DNA from: Erysipelotrichaceae bacterium OH741_COT-311
GTDB lineage: Bacteria; Bacillota_I; Bacilli_A; Erysipelotrichales; Erysipelotrichaceae
Direction: 5' to 3'
Length of the DNA: 32,000 nucleotides
Assembly (NCBI GenBank): GCA_003858585.1
Contig: RQZE01000012.1
Coordinates: 13,278 to 45,277, forward strand
Shown piece by piece: positions 8,030-17,643 of this stretch. The notes below the pieces were generated by a model. The model worked only from the letters and a program-made list of their open reading frames with translations. It searched no databases and had not been told where the DNA came from. Every line of letters begins with the position of its first letter. Position 1 is the first letter of the stretch. The position numbers were made by a program, and so were the translations under genes.

Positions 8030-11000
8030 ATGAGTGTTAATAATTTTGCAGCCTTACAAGTAGGTATTGCATCACCAGAACGTATTAAAGAATGGTCTTA
8101 TGGTGAAGTTAAAAAACCGGAAACAATCAACTACCGTTCACAAAAACCGGAACGTGACGGTTTATTTTGTGAAAGAATTTTTGGTCCATCGAAAGACTGG
8201 GAATGTTACTGCGGTAAATATAAGAAAGTAAGATATAAAGGGGTTATTTGTGATCGTTGTGGAGTTGAAATCACAAAGTCAAATGTGCGTCGTGAACGTA
8301 TGGGGCATATTGAACTTGCAGCTCCGGTGGCTCACATTTGGTATTTGCGTGGAATCCCTTCACGTATGTCATTGTTGTTAAATATTACGCCAAAGGCGTT
8401 AGAAGAAGTTGTATATTTCGTATCTTGGGTGGTTACCGATCCCGGGGAAACAAAATTACAATTTAAACAAATCTTATCGGAACGTGAGTATCGTGAAAAT
8501 GTAGCGATTTATGGTACCGGTAAGTTTGTTGCACAAACGGGAGCGGAAGCGGTTCGTACATTGCTTGAAAAGTGTGATGTTAAGGCGGAACAAGCGGAAG
8601 TGGTAAAAGAGTTGGAAGGTGCACAAGGTGATAAGCGTAAGAAGTTAATTAAGCGTTTAGAGACAATCAATGCGTTTGTAAACTCTGAAAATCAACCGGA
8701 GTGGATGGTACTTACTATGCTTCCGGTAATTCCGCCGGATTTAAGACCGATGTTGCAGTTGGATGGTGGTCGTTTTGCTACAAGTGATTTGAATGATTTA
8801 TATCGTCGTGTGATTACACGTAACAATCGTTTAAAGAAATTATTAGAGCTTGGTACTCCGGCTATCATTGTGCAAAATGAAAAGCGTATGTTACAAGAAG
8901 CAGTGGATGCTTTAATTGATAATGGTCGTCGTTCTAAGCCGGTTACCGGTGCTGGGGGACGTGCATTAAAGTCATTGTCGCATAGTTTAAAGGGGAAACA
9001 AGGTCGTTTCCGTCAAAACTTATTAGGGAAACGTGTTGACTTTTCAGGGCGTTCCGTTATTGCGGTTGGACCGGATTTAAAGATGTATCAATGTGGTATT
9101 CCACGTGAAATGGCAATTCAATTGTATAAACCTTTTATTATCAATGAAATTGTAAATGCAGGGATTGCATCCAATCCGAAAACAGCTGAGCGTTTAATTG
9201 ATCGTTTGGATGCTCGTGTTTGGGATATTGTAGAACAGGTAATTGATCATCATCCGGTATTCCTAAACCGTGCTCCTACGCTTCATCGTTTAGGAATTCA
9301 AGCGTTTAAGCCTAAGTTAGTAGAAGGACGTGCGATTCGTCTTCACCCATTAGTATGTACAGCGTTTAATGCTGACTTTGATGGTGACCAAATGGCGGTG
9401 CATTTACCATTATCGGAAAAGGCTCGTGCGGAAGCTGAAATTTTAATGTTAGGTTCTAACAATATCTTAGGTCCAAAAGATGGTAAGCCAATCGTTACGC
9501 CATCACAAGATATGGTGCTTGGTAACTTCTATTTAAATATGGAAGAAACAGCTCAAGAATTCTATGAAAAAGCGGAAGTAGTAGCGAAGACAATTGGTGA
9601 AACGGAAGCAGATATGTGGCGTCGTTTTGGAGATAATGAAGGACATGCCTTTAAGGATGTCAATGAAGTATTAATGGCGTATGATCAAAAAATTGTTCAC
9701 TTACATACTCGTATTGCTTTATTAGGTTCTTCATTAAAGAAAATATGTTTTAGTGACTATCAAAATAATTCATATTTGATTACAACCGTTGGTAAGGTTA
9801 TCTTTAATGAAATGTTTCCAAAAGATTTCCCTTATATTAATAAAGTAACGCATGAAAGCTTAAAGAATACCTTAGATGAGTATTTCTTGCCGGTAGGAAG
9901 TAATCTTAAGGAAGCAGTAGCGAATATGCCATTGAATCCTGAGTTTAAGAAAAAAGATTTATCTCTTGTTATTGCGGAAGTCTTTAAACGCTATCGTACT
10001 GAAGGTACTAGTGTTATCCTTGATAGCATTAAGGATTTAGGGTTTGAGTATTCAACGGTTGCCGGTATGACGGTATCATTAGCGGATATTAACGTTGCTC
10101 CAAATAAACAAGTGTATGTTGATAAAGCGAAAGAAAAAGCAGCTGTTTTACAACAGTTATTACAAAGAGGTCAATTAACACCTGCTGAGTGGGAACGTCA
10201 TTTCTCTAAGCTTTGGGCAGATACAAAAGATGTGATTGGGGATGAAGTTATGAGTAATTTACCTCGTAAGTCACCAATCAATATGATGGCGGTATCCGGT
10301 GCCCGTGGGAACAAGTCACACTTTACACAGTTAGCGGGTATGCGTGGATTAATGGCTCGTCCAACACAGTCAAAGAGTCGTAAGGAATATCAACCTTCGA
10401 TTATTGAGGTTCCTATTTATTCGTCATTCCGTGAAGGATTAAACGTGTCTGAGTTCTTTATTTCTACCCATGGGGTGCGTAAAGGGTTAACGGATACGGC
10501 GTTAAAGACAGCAGAATCTGGATATTTAACAAGACGTTTAGTCGATGTTGCTCAAGATGTGATTGTTATTGAAGAGGATTGTGGTACAGATCGTGGTTAC
10601 TTAGTAAGTGAAATTCGTGATCGTAAAACAAATACAGAGATTGAAAAATTATTTGATCGTTTAGTTGGTCGTTATACAAAAGATGCGGTAATTCATCCGG
10701 AGACAAAAGAAGAAATCTGTCCGGCAGATACGTATATGGATGAAGAACTTGCGGTAAAGATTACAAAAGCCGGTGTAAAAGAAGTCTTAATTCGTAATAC
10801 CTTCACTTGTGATAGTACAACAGGTGTATGTCGTAAGTGTTATGGTCGTAATATGGCAACAGGTAAATTGGTTGAAAATGGAGAAGCAATTGGTATTATG
10901 GCTGCTCAATCAATCGGTGAACCTGGTACTCAGTTAACAATGCGTACCTTCCATACAGGAGGGGTTGCCTCAGGTAACGATGGAGATATTACACAAGGGT

Positions 11001-11821
11001 TACCTCGTGTTGAAGAGTTATTTGAAGCACGTTGTCCAAAGTATGTAGCTGTTTTATCTAAGATTGATGGAGAAATTACTGAAATCGTAGAAGCAGATGG
11101 TACAACAGGTATGCGCATTACCGTATCAAATGATAAGGAATCAATTGAACATAAGTGTGATTTAACACAAACAATTCGTTCTTGGATTAAGGTTGGTACC
11201 AAAGTGAAAGCTGGTGATAAGCTAACGGAAGGTCAAGTAAATCCAAAAGAATTAATTGAAGTTGCAGGGGTATTGGCAGTACAAAACTACATCTTAAAAG
11301 AAGTAAAACGTGTATATGCTTCTCAAGGGATTGATATTTCAGATAAACATATTGAAGTTATGATTCGTCAAATGTTAAAGAAAATCATCGTGCTTGATGG
11401 AGGAGATACAGGATTATCAGCCGGTCAAACATTATCTTTAACACGTATGAAAGAAATTAACTTAAATACGTTGTTAAGTGGTAAAAAACCTGCGAAGTTT
11501 GGTCCTACATTATTAGGTATTTCAAAGGCTTCCGTGGAAACAGATTCTTTCTTATCAGCGGCATCATTCCAAGAAACAACAAAAGTCTTAACGGATGCAG
11601 CGGTAAATGGTAAGGTTGATAAATTAGTTGGATTAAAAGAAAATGTTATTATTGGTAAATTAATTCCAGCTGGTACAGGTTCAAAATTTGAGCGTGAAAC
11701 AACAGAAATGATTCATGCACGTGCATTAGAATTGGTTGAAGATCGTGAAGTAAGAAATATGATGGAAGAAGAACATCAACTTCCGGAAGAAGTATTACCG
11801 AAAGAAGCATATTTTGAATAA
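8030..11821 (+). CDS. rpoC: DNA-directed RNA polymerase subunit beta'
   Basis: Zn-finger motif [22 protein letters not shown], catalytic [12 protein letters not shown], and the trigger-loop/bridge-helix regions. GGAGG at 8018-8022 is 7 nt from ATG 8030. GTG 8027 is the track start. Confidence 0.97.
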   Translation: MSVNNFAALQVGIASPERIKEWSYGEVKKPETINYRSQKPERDGLFCERIFGPSKDWECYCGKYKKVRYKGVICDRCGVEITKSNVRRERMGHIELAAPVAHIWYLRGIPSRMSLLLNITPKALEEVVYFVSWVVTDPGETKLQFKQILSEREYRENVAIYGTGKFVAQTGAEAVRTLLEKCDVKAEQAEVVKELEGAQGDKRKKLIKRLETINAFVNSENQPEWMVLTMLPVIPPDLRPMLQLDGGRFATSDLNDLYRRVITRNNRLKKLLELGTPAIIVQNEKRMLQEAVDALIDNGRRSKPVTGAGGRALKSLSHSLKGKQGRFRQNLLGKRVDFSGRSVIAVGPDLKMYQCGIPREMAIQLYKPFIINEIVNAGIASNPKTAERLIDRLDARVWDIVEQVIDHHPVFLNRAPTLHRLGIQAFKPKLVEGRAIRLHPLVCTAFNADFDGDQMAVHLPLSEKARAEAEILMLGSNNILGPKDGKPIVTPSQDMVLGNFYLNMEETAQEFYEKAEVVAKTIGETEADMWRRFGDNEGHAFKDVNEVLMAYDQKIVHLHTRIALLGSSLKKICFSDYQNNSYLITTVGKVIFNEMFPKDFPYINKVTHESLKNTLDEYFLPVGSNLKEAVANMPLNPEFKKKDLSLVIAEVFKRYRTEGTSVILDSIKDLGFEYSTVAGMTVSLADINVAPNKQVYVDKAKEKAAVLQQLLQRGQLTPAEWERHFSKLWADTKDVIGDEVMSNLPRKSPINMMAVSGARGNKSHFTQLAGMRGLMARPTQSKSRKEYQPSIIEVPIYSSFREGLNVSEFFISTHGVRKGLTDTALKTAESGYLTRRLVDVAQDVIVIEEDCGTDRGYLVSEIRDRKTNTEIEKLFDRLVGRYTKDAVIHPETKEEICPADTYMDEELAVKITKAGVKEVLIRNTFTCDSTTGVCRKCYGRNMATGKLVENGEAIGIMAAQSIGEPGTQLTMRTFHTGGVASGNDGDITQGLPRVEELFEARCPKYVAVLSKIDGEITEIVEADGTTGMRITVSNDKESIEHKCDLTQTIRSWIKVGTKVKAGDKLTEGQVNPKELIEVAGVLAVQNYILKEVKRVYASQGIDISDKHIEVMIRQMLKKIIVLDGGDTGLSAGQTLSLTRMKEINLNTLLSGKKPAKFGPTLLGISKASVETDSFLSAASFQETTKVLTDAAVNGKVDKLVGLKENVIIGKLIPAGTGSKFERETTEMIHARALELVEDREVRNMMEEEHQLPEEVLPKEAYFE

Positions 11822-11824
11822 GAG

Positions 11825-11850
11825 AAAGGCTAGTTTACTAGCCTTTTTTC
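11825..11850 (+). terminator. Rho-independent terminator after rpoC
   Basis: Stem ggctagt-tt-actagcc (11828-11843), extendable with aaa/ttt, followed by TTTTTT. Confidence 0.8.
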
Positions 11851-11911
11851 TATGTCAAAAAAAGAAAATCTCTATGATACAATAAAGGAAATAAGAAAGT
11901 GAAGGAAATAT

Positions 11912-12718
11912 ATGTTAAGTTCTGCTAAGAAGTTGTATCAATATAATCGAGGTAGTCATCCACTGATTATGTGGCTTATGAATGCGGTTGTCTTTTCCGT
12001 TGGGTTTGCCCTTTTAATCGGAATAGGGCATATTTCTTCGTTAATAGAGAATAAGTGGCTGAGATTACTTGTTCATTTTTGTGGTTATTTTGTGATTGAT
12101 AAAGTGCTAATCAGCATAAGATACATACGTTTTTGGCATAAACTTTCGATCATCTATTGTTTGTATGAGGGAGTAGATCCGACATCTTTTTATCAACGTA
12201 TTAAAAAAGGAAAAGGTGTTCTTCCATTGTATCAAGCAAAAGAATTGTTTCAGTTATATTTTGTTATTTATCAATATTCCCTAGGAAATTTTAATGAAGC
12301 ACTTCAACAATTGAAGGTGATGGATTCTAATGTGTTACAGTATGATGTATTAAAGATTATGTATTATCATTATTATGGTTTGGTATCCTTTGAGTTAAAG
12401 GACTATGATGGTATAGCACAATGTCAACAACAAGTGGAGAAGTTAATTTTATATAAGAAGAATTTTGCGTTAAGAGAAAAAATTGCTGAGGAGTTACGTG
12501 CACTAAAGACGTTGTCGGTAACAGAGAAAGAAACGTATTTTGATAGGGTAAAAGGGGATCATCGTTTTGATGAATTACGTTATACGTATTATCGTTTTCT
12601 ACATGCGTTAAGTAGTGATCAAAGAAAAAAAGCGTATGATTGTTGTGCGTTGTTAGAAAAAGAAAACGAAGCATTATTTATGATACAACGCGCGAAAGAA
12701 TTTTTATCAAAAAGATAA
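11912..12718 (+). CDS. Hypothetical membrane-anchored protein with a helical, TPR-like C-terminal domain
   Basis: 268-aa ORF with GAAGGA 5 nt upstream. It has two N-terminal hydrophobic helices (LIMWLMNAVVFSVGFALLIGIG; LLVHFCGYFVIDKVLI). The rest is helical and rich in Y/L/Q/K (LGNFNEALQQLKVM..., YYHYYGLVSFELKDYDGIAQ). No family recognised. Confidence 0.55.
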   Translation: MLSSAKKLYQYNRGSHPLIMWLMNAVVFSVGFALLIGIGHISSLIENKWLRLLVHFCGYFVIDKVLISIRYIRFWHKLSIIYCLYEGVDPTSFYQRIKKGKGVLPLYQAKELFQLYFVIYQYSLGNFNEALQQLKVMDSNVLQYDVLKIMYYHYYGLVSFELKDYDGIAQCQQQVEKLILYKKNFALREKIAEELRALKTLSVTEKETYFDRVKGDHRFDELRYTYYRFLHALSSDQRKKAYDCCALLEKENEALFMIQRAKEFLSKR

Positions 12719-12744
12719 AAGATAGTGTATGATAATAATGGTAA

Positions 12745-14095
<1,351 letters not shown>

Positions 14096-14097
<2 letters not shown>

Positions 14098-14125
14098 AAA
14101 ACAATATCATTGGATATTGTTTTTT
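14096..14125. terminator. Bidirectional terminator between convergent gdhA and cca
   Basis: 13-bp A/T-flanked stem aaaaaacaatatc / gatattgtttttt with loop attg. Both stop codons (gdhA TAA 14095-14097, cca TGA 14107-14109) touch the hairpin. Confidence 0.75.
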
Positions 14126-15246
14126 ATATAGTCTAGCAAGTCTTCTTTTGTATTGTTGATTTTTTTATTTATGACAAATTCCAAAAGAGTTTTTAAAACG
14201 AAACTACGTTGTTTTGGCTCAATACTGGTAGGTAAGTCTTTGCCGGTGATGGCTAAGTGTTTTACATCGTATATGTCAATGGTATGCAATTTATCTAATT
14301 CGTTTTGATAGTTTAAATCACGCAGACTACATAGATATTGTAGGATGAGTGGATACTCCTTGGGATAGTTTTGCAAAAGGGTGAGGGCTCCTTTTTGATC
14401 TAGGGGATTATGTTGTTGATGGATAATGGCATCGACTTGTTTTATGGTTTTCTTATCGTATTGTCGTTGTTTTAAAATGGTTTTATAGTCTTTATGATCT
14501 TTTAGTAAATGGGCTAGGCGTACCGGTAAAAGGTTTGGTAGATGATTCATTGTTGTATCCATCGTATGGACTTGAAATAAAAAGTATAAAATCTTTGGAT
14601 AATCTAAAAAAATAGCCGGGTGTTGGCTACATAGAATTTGGTTGGCTTCTTGTAGTAAACGAGCATTTGATATGTGGTTAAGCAAGCCTTGTTTTTCAAA
14701 AATGGCTTGTTTGGTTGTATCTTCAATCGTAAAGTGCAGTTGACTTGCAAAGCGGATGGCTCTAAGAATTCTTAGGGCATCTTCTTCAAAGCGTGCAAAT
14801 GGATCATCAATACAACGAATGCATTGGTGATGTAAATCTTTTAATCCATTGAAGTAATCAAGAATACCGGTATTCGGATGATAACATAAGGCATTGATGG
14901 TAAAGTCTCTTCGTCTACAGTCTTCTTGTAAAGAGGTTGTAAATTCAACGGTGGATGGAAATCGGTGGTTCGTATAGTTGCCTTCAATGCGATAGGTTGT
15001 AACTTCAACAGGATGGTTTTCTACGATAATCGTAATGGTACCATGTTTCATGCCATGTGTTAAACATGGATACTCTTTAAACAACCCTAATAGTTCATAC
15101 GGTTTGGCGTTGGTTGTGATGTCGTAATCTACAATAGGTAGGTTTAATAACGCATTACGAATAGAACCTCCTACAACAAAGGCTTCATAGTTATGAGTAT
15201 TTAATGTTGTTAGTATTTTTTTAATGTATTCTGGTAGAGTGATCAT
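14107..15246 (-). CDS. cca: CCA-adding tRNA nucleotidyltransferase
   Basis: 379 aa. PolyA-polymerase head motifs VVGGSIRNALLNLPIVDYDITT and RRRDFTINAL. AGAGGT SD upstream. Confidence 0.85.
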   Translation of the reverse strand: MITLPEYIKKILTTLNTHNYEAFVVGGSIRNALLNLPIVDYDITTNAKPYELLGLFKEYPCLTHGMKHGTITIIVENHPVEVTTYRIEGNYTNHRFPSTVEFTTSLQEDCRRRDFTINALCYHPNTGILDYFNGLKDLHHQCIRCIDDPFARFEEDALRILRAIRFASQLHFTIEDTTKQAIFEKQGLLNHISNARLLQEANQILCSQHPAIFLDYPKILYFLFQVHTMDTTMNHLPNLLPVRLAHLLKDHKDYKTILKQRQYDKKTIKQVDAIIHQQHNPLDQKGALTLLQNYPKEYPLILQYLCSLRDLNYQNELDKLHTIDIYDVKHLAITGKDLPTSIEPKQRSFVLKTLLEFVINKKINNTKEDLLDYIKNNIQ

Positions 15247-15295
15247 AGTTACCTCTTTTTTATCATAGCAAACTTTTTTTTAAATTGTTAGTGGG

Positions 15296-15329
15296 AAACA
15301 AAAAAGAAGAAGAGTTCTCTCTTCTTCTT
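15296..15329 (-). terminator. Rho-independent terminator of the cold-shock gene
   Basis: 11-bp stem aagaagaagag / ctcttcttctt (15304-15314 / 15319-15329). On the minus strand it is followed by TTTTGTTT. Confidence 0.75.
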
Positions 15330-15371
15330 TCTTAATAGCTTTATTACTTGTATGACAATACCTGAGTGCTA

Positions 15372-15572
15372 TTATAGTTTTGTAACATTTGTAGCTTGTG
15401 GTCCACGTGAACCTTCTGTTACATCAAATGATACAGCTTGGCCTTCATCTAAAGATTTGAAACCTTCAGTGTTAATTGCTGAATAGTGTACGAATACATC
15501 TTGTCCGTCTTCAGCAGTAATGAAGCCATATCCTTTTTCAGGATTGAACCATTTTACTTTACCTGTGCTCAT
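15372..15572 (-). CDS. Cold-shock protein (CspA family)
   Basis: 66 aa, [33 protein letters not shown]..., with RNP1/RNP2 motifs. GGAGG SD upstream. Confidence 0.95.
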   Translation of the reverse strand: MSTGKVKWFNPEKGYGFITAEDGQDVFVHYSAINTEGFKSLDEGQAVSFDVTEGSRGPQATNVTKL

Positions 15573-15601
15573 CTACTTCCTCCATAACCATTGTACGACC
15601 T

Positions 15602-15646
15602 AATAAAAACACATCAATGAAACTATACACGCATATCATTGATGTG
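15602..15646 (-). terminator. Terminator-like hairpin inside the csp 5' leader
   Basis: Minus strand: perfect 11-bp stem CACATCAATGA (15646-15636) / TCATTGATGTG (15620-15610) with a 15-nt loop, followed by TTTTTATTA. It lies about 35 nt upstream of the csp start codon. Confidence 0.55.
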
Positions 15647-15671
15647 AATCGTATAAGCTTTACACTTATAT

Positions 15672-15700
15672 ATCATAAACTCTATAAGATACGATGTCAA
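15672..15700 (-). promoter_or_regulatory. Sigma-A promoter of the cold-shock gene
   Basis: Minus strand: TTGACA (15700-15695), 17 nt, TATGAT (15677-15672). This predicts a leader of about 90 nt, as is usual for csp genes. Confidence 0.65.
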
Positions 15701-15813
15701 TTCATTTTATAAAAATAAGGGTATTTATCTTATTATTTTGTCAAAAGAATACAAATGGGGTTCGTATATTGAAGATTCTTATGTTATAATCTAATGGAAT
15801 AGGAGGTATGATG

Positions 15814-16140
15814 ATGAAAGGTTTTACAGCAGTCGTAACAGATCCTGTGGGTATGCATTCAAGACCGGCAGTGGTTGTTGTTAATGCGGCTAATTGTTTT
15901 CAAAGTCAAATTTTAATTAAATATAATGGGAAACAAGCAGATGTTAAGTCAATTATGAATTTAATTTCTTTAGGGATTCCAACACATGTTGAAATTGAAG
16001 TAGAATGTGTAGGGGAAGATGAAGAGTTAGCTTGCGAAACAATTAGAAAAACATTAATTCACGAAGGTATTATTGAAGTAGCGAAAGATCGTATTTCAAG
16101 TGCCGGCATTGATAACACATTTAAAAAAGAAGTTCTATAA
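15814..16140 (+). CDS. HPr-family phosphocarrier protein with a C-terminal extension
   Basis: The His15 region is GMHSRPA and the Ser46 region is KSIMNLISLG. GGAGG at 15802-15806 favours ATG 15814 or 15811 over 15808. About 20 extra C-terminal residues compared with canonical HPr of about 88 aa. TGtTATAAT extended -10 at 15782-15790. Confidence 0.8.
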   Translation: MKGFTAVVTDPVGMHSRPAVVVVNAANCFQSQILIKYNGKQADVKSIMNLISLGIPTHVEIEVECVGEDEELACETIRKTLIHEGIIEVAKDRISSAGIDNTFKKEVL

Positions 16141-16142
16141 GT

Positions 16143-16171
16143 AAAAACGATTACCTAGGTAATCGTTTTTT
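16143..16171. terminator. Bidirectional terminator between the HPr-like gene and the convergent membrane-protein gene
   Basis: Stem aaaaacgattacc-ta-ggtaatcgttttt, flanked by A-runs and T-runs on both sides. Confidence 0.8.
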
Positions 16172-16811
16172 ATACTTTACGTTCTCTTGAGAAGCGATCA
16201 ATTAATACATTTGCCACTAGCATCAAGAAAATAATGGATAAGAAAGAAATAAGATAAAACATAAAGGTTGAAACATAAGGAAAAACAAAAACAATAATTC
16301 CTAAAGCAATCGCAAAGATTAACATATAAGTAATGGTACTTACAATTAAGTAGCGACGATATAGTTTTTGATAGTGTCGGTTTTTCATGTTGGTCAAGCC
16401 TTTTTGTTTTAAGGTATCGATGAGTGTTTCAAGGCGTGATTGTTGATCTAAGAAATTACGGTTGTTTCGATTGTTGATGCGTAGGAAAAAGCGATTACCG
16501 TTAAAACATTGAATGGTAATTAAGGTTACAAAGATTTGTTTGGTAATTTTAATACCTTGAATGTCATCGTATTTTAAGAAAGTAAAAGATGACGGTTTTT
16601 TAGGGTCAGTATAATTCATAATGACTAATAATAAACCATGCGGATTGTGTAAAAGGAAAAGATAACGTAAAAACGATGTACAATTATAGCGTGTAATTGT
16701 ACCTTGCATTAAGGCATTTGGGTGGAAGTCTTCTTGTCTTTTTAAAAGACCATATATGACTTCACGTTGTATCATACGCATAATGAGTTCTTCGTTGTAA
16801 TTTACGTTCAT
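16170..16811 (-). CDS. Hypothetical protein: soluble N-terminal domain (possibly PH-like) plus two C-terminal TM helices
   Basis: GGGGTGA SD lies 4 nt before ATG 16811 (MNVNYNEEL...). The track start 16841 is TTG and overlaps cysE. The C-terminus YLIVSTITYMLIFAIALGIIVFVF...FYLISFLSIIFLMLVANVLI is a hydrophobic hairpin. It lies 14 nt downstream of the cysE stop, so co-transcription is likely. Confidence 0.55.
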   Translation of the reverse strand: MNVNYNEELIMRMIQREVIYGLLKRQEDFHPNALMQGTITRYNCTSFLRYLFLLHNPHGLLLVIMNYTDPKKPSSFTFLKYDDIQGIKITKQIFVTLITIQCFNGNRFFLRINNRNNRNFLDQQSRLETLIDTLKQKGLTNMKNRHYQKLYRRYLIVSTITYMLIFAIALGIIVFVFPYVSTFMFYLISFLSIIFLMLVANVLIDRFSRERKV

Positions 16812-16825
16812 GTTATCACCCCATT

Positions 16826-17362
16826 TTATTTTGCAATCCAATCTTGATTTGTTTCACAGACTAAGCGTGCCGGAATACCGACGGCTGTGCAGTGTTCCGG
16901 AACATCTTTTAAGACTACGGCATTTGCTCCAATGCGAGCGTGTTTTCCAACGGTAATATTGCCCAGTACTTTAGCACCTGTACCAATGACAACGTGATCT
17001 TCAATGGTTGGATGACGTTTACCAAGGGTTGCTTTTACGCCACCTAAGGTTACATTGTGATAAAGTTTGACATAGTCTTTAATAATTGCTGTTTCTCCAA
17101 TGACAACGCCCATACCATGGTCAATAAATAATCCAATACCAATTTGAGCTCCCGGATGAATTTCAATACCTGTTAGAAAACGAGCCAATTGAGAAATCAT
17201 GCGTGCCAGAAATTTTAGCTTAATCTTGTATAAAACATGGGCAAGGCGATAAAAGCCTATGGCATGTATGGATGGATATAAGAAAAGAATTTCAAAGATA
17301 CTGTTTGCAGCAGGATCACTTTCTTTAATGTGTTGAATTTGTGCTTTTAAATCTTTAAACAT
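16826..17362 (-). CDS. cysE: Serine O-acetyltransferase
   Basis: 178 aa. N-terminal SATase helices ([27 protein letters not shown]), then hexapeptide repeats [28 protein letters not shown]...[26 protein letters not shown] is 6 nt upstream. Confidence 0.92.
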   Translation of the reverse strand: MFKDLKAQIQHIKESDPAANSIFEILFLYPSIHAIGFYRLAHVLYKIKLKFLARMISQLARFLTGIEIHPGAQIGIGLFIDHGMGVVIGETAIIKDYVKLYHNVTLGGVKATLGKRHPTIEDHVVIGTGAKVLGNITVGKHARIGANAVVLKDVPEHCTAVGIPARLVCETNQDWIAK

Positions 17363-17496
17363 AAGCTTACCTCAAATTTATTCTATCATTATACACTATC
17401 TATTAAAATTTGCGGTAGATAAGACTTCCAGTACTTACATTTTACTATATTTCTTTTATATTTTAAAGAAAAGGCTTATTGGTTTAGTCAAAGTAT

Positions 17497-17525
17497 TTGC
17501 ATTACCTATAAAATAAAAATATAAT
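17497..17525 (+). promoter_or_regulatory. Sigma-A promoter of the leader ORF-hflX-cysK operon
   Basis: TTGCAT (17497-17502), 17 nt, TATAAT (17520-17525). Confidence 0.6.
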
Positions 17526-17550
17526 TATTCTATTGAATGGAGGTTAGATC

Positions 17551-17580
17551 ATGAGCTGTTGTTGTCTAGGACGTAAATAA
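17551..17580 (+). CDS. Putative regulatory leader peptide MSCCCLGRK (three consecutive UGU Cys codons)
   Basis: GGAGG (17539-17543), 7 nt, then ATG 17551: atg agc tgt tgt tgt cta gga cgt aaa taa taa. It lies 63 nt upstream of hflX and is too short for the ORF track. Confidence 0.45.
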   Translation: MSCCCLGRK

Positions 17581-17643
17581 TAAATAAGAAGGAGTGTCTT
17601 AGAAGTTTTAAGTCATTACTTTCTTATAGAAGGGAATGATGAA

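Noticed and set aside
2415-12674. Short antisense or out-of-frame track ORFs inside rplJ, rplL, the methyltransferase gene, rpoB, rpoC and the 268-aa gene (for example 2415-2636, 2794-3063, 3401-3604, 5063-5281, 5866-6054, 6211-6414, 10930-11202, 12357-12674)
   Set aside because: All lie wholly inside strongly supported genes on the opposite strand. They lack SD sequences and have the odd composition typical of shadow ORFs.
17363-17500. T-box or other riboswitch in front of cysE
   Set aside because: Only about 135 nt separate cysE from the divergent promoter. A TATAAT box (17393-17388) lies about 25 nt from the start codon. I saw no specifier-loop/T-box sequence and no terminator, and the region is too short for a T-box leader.
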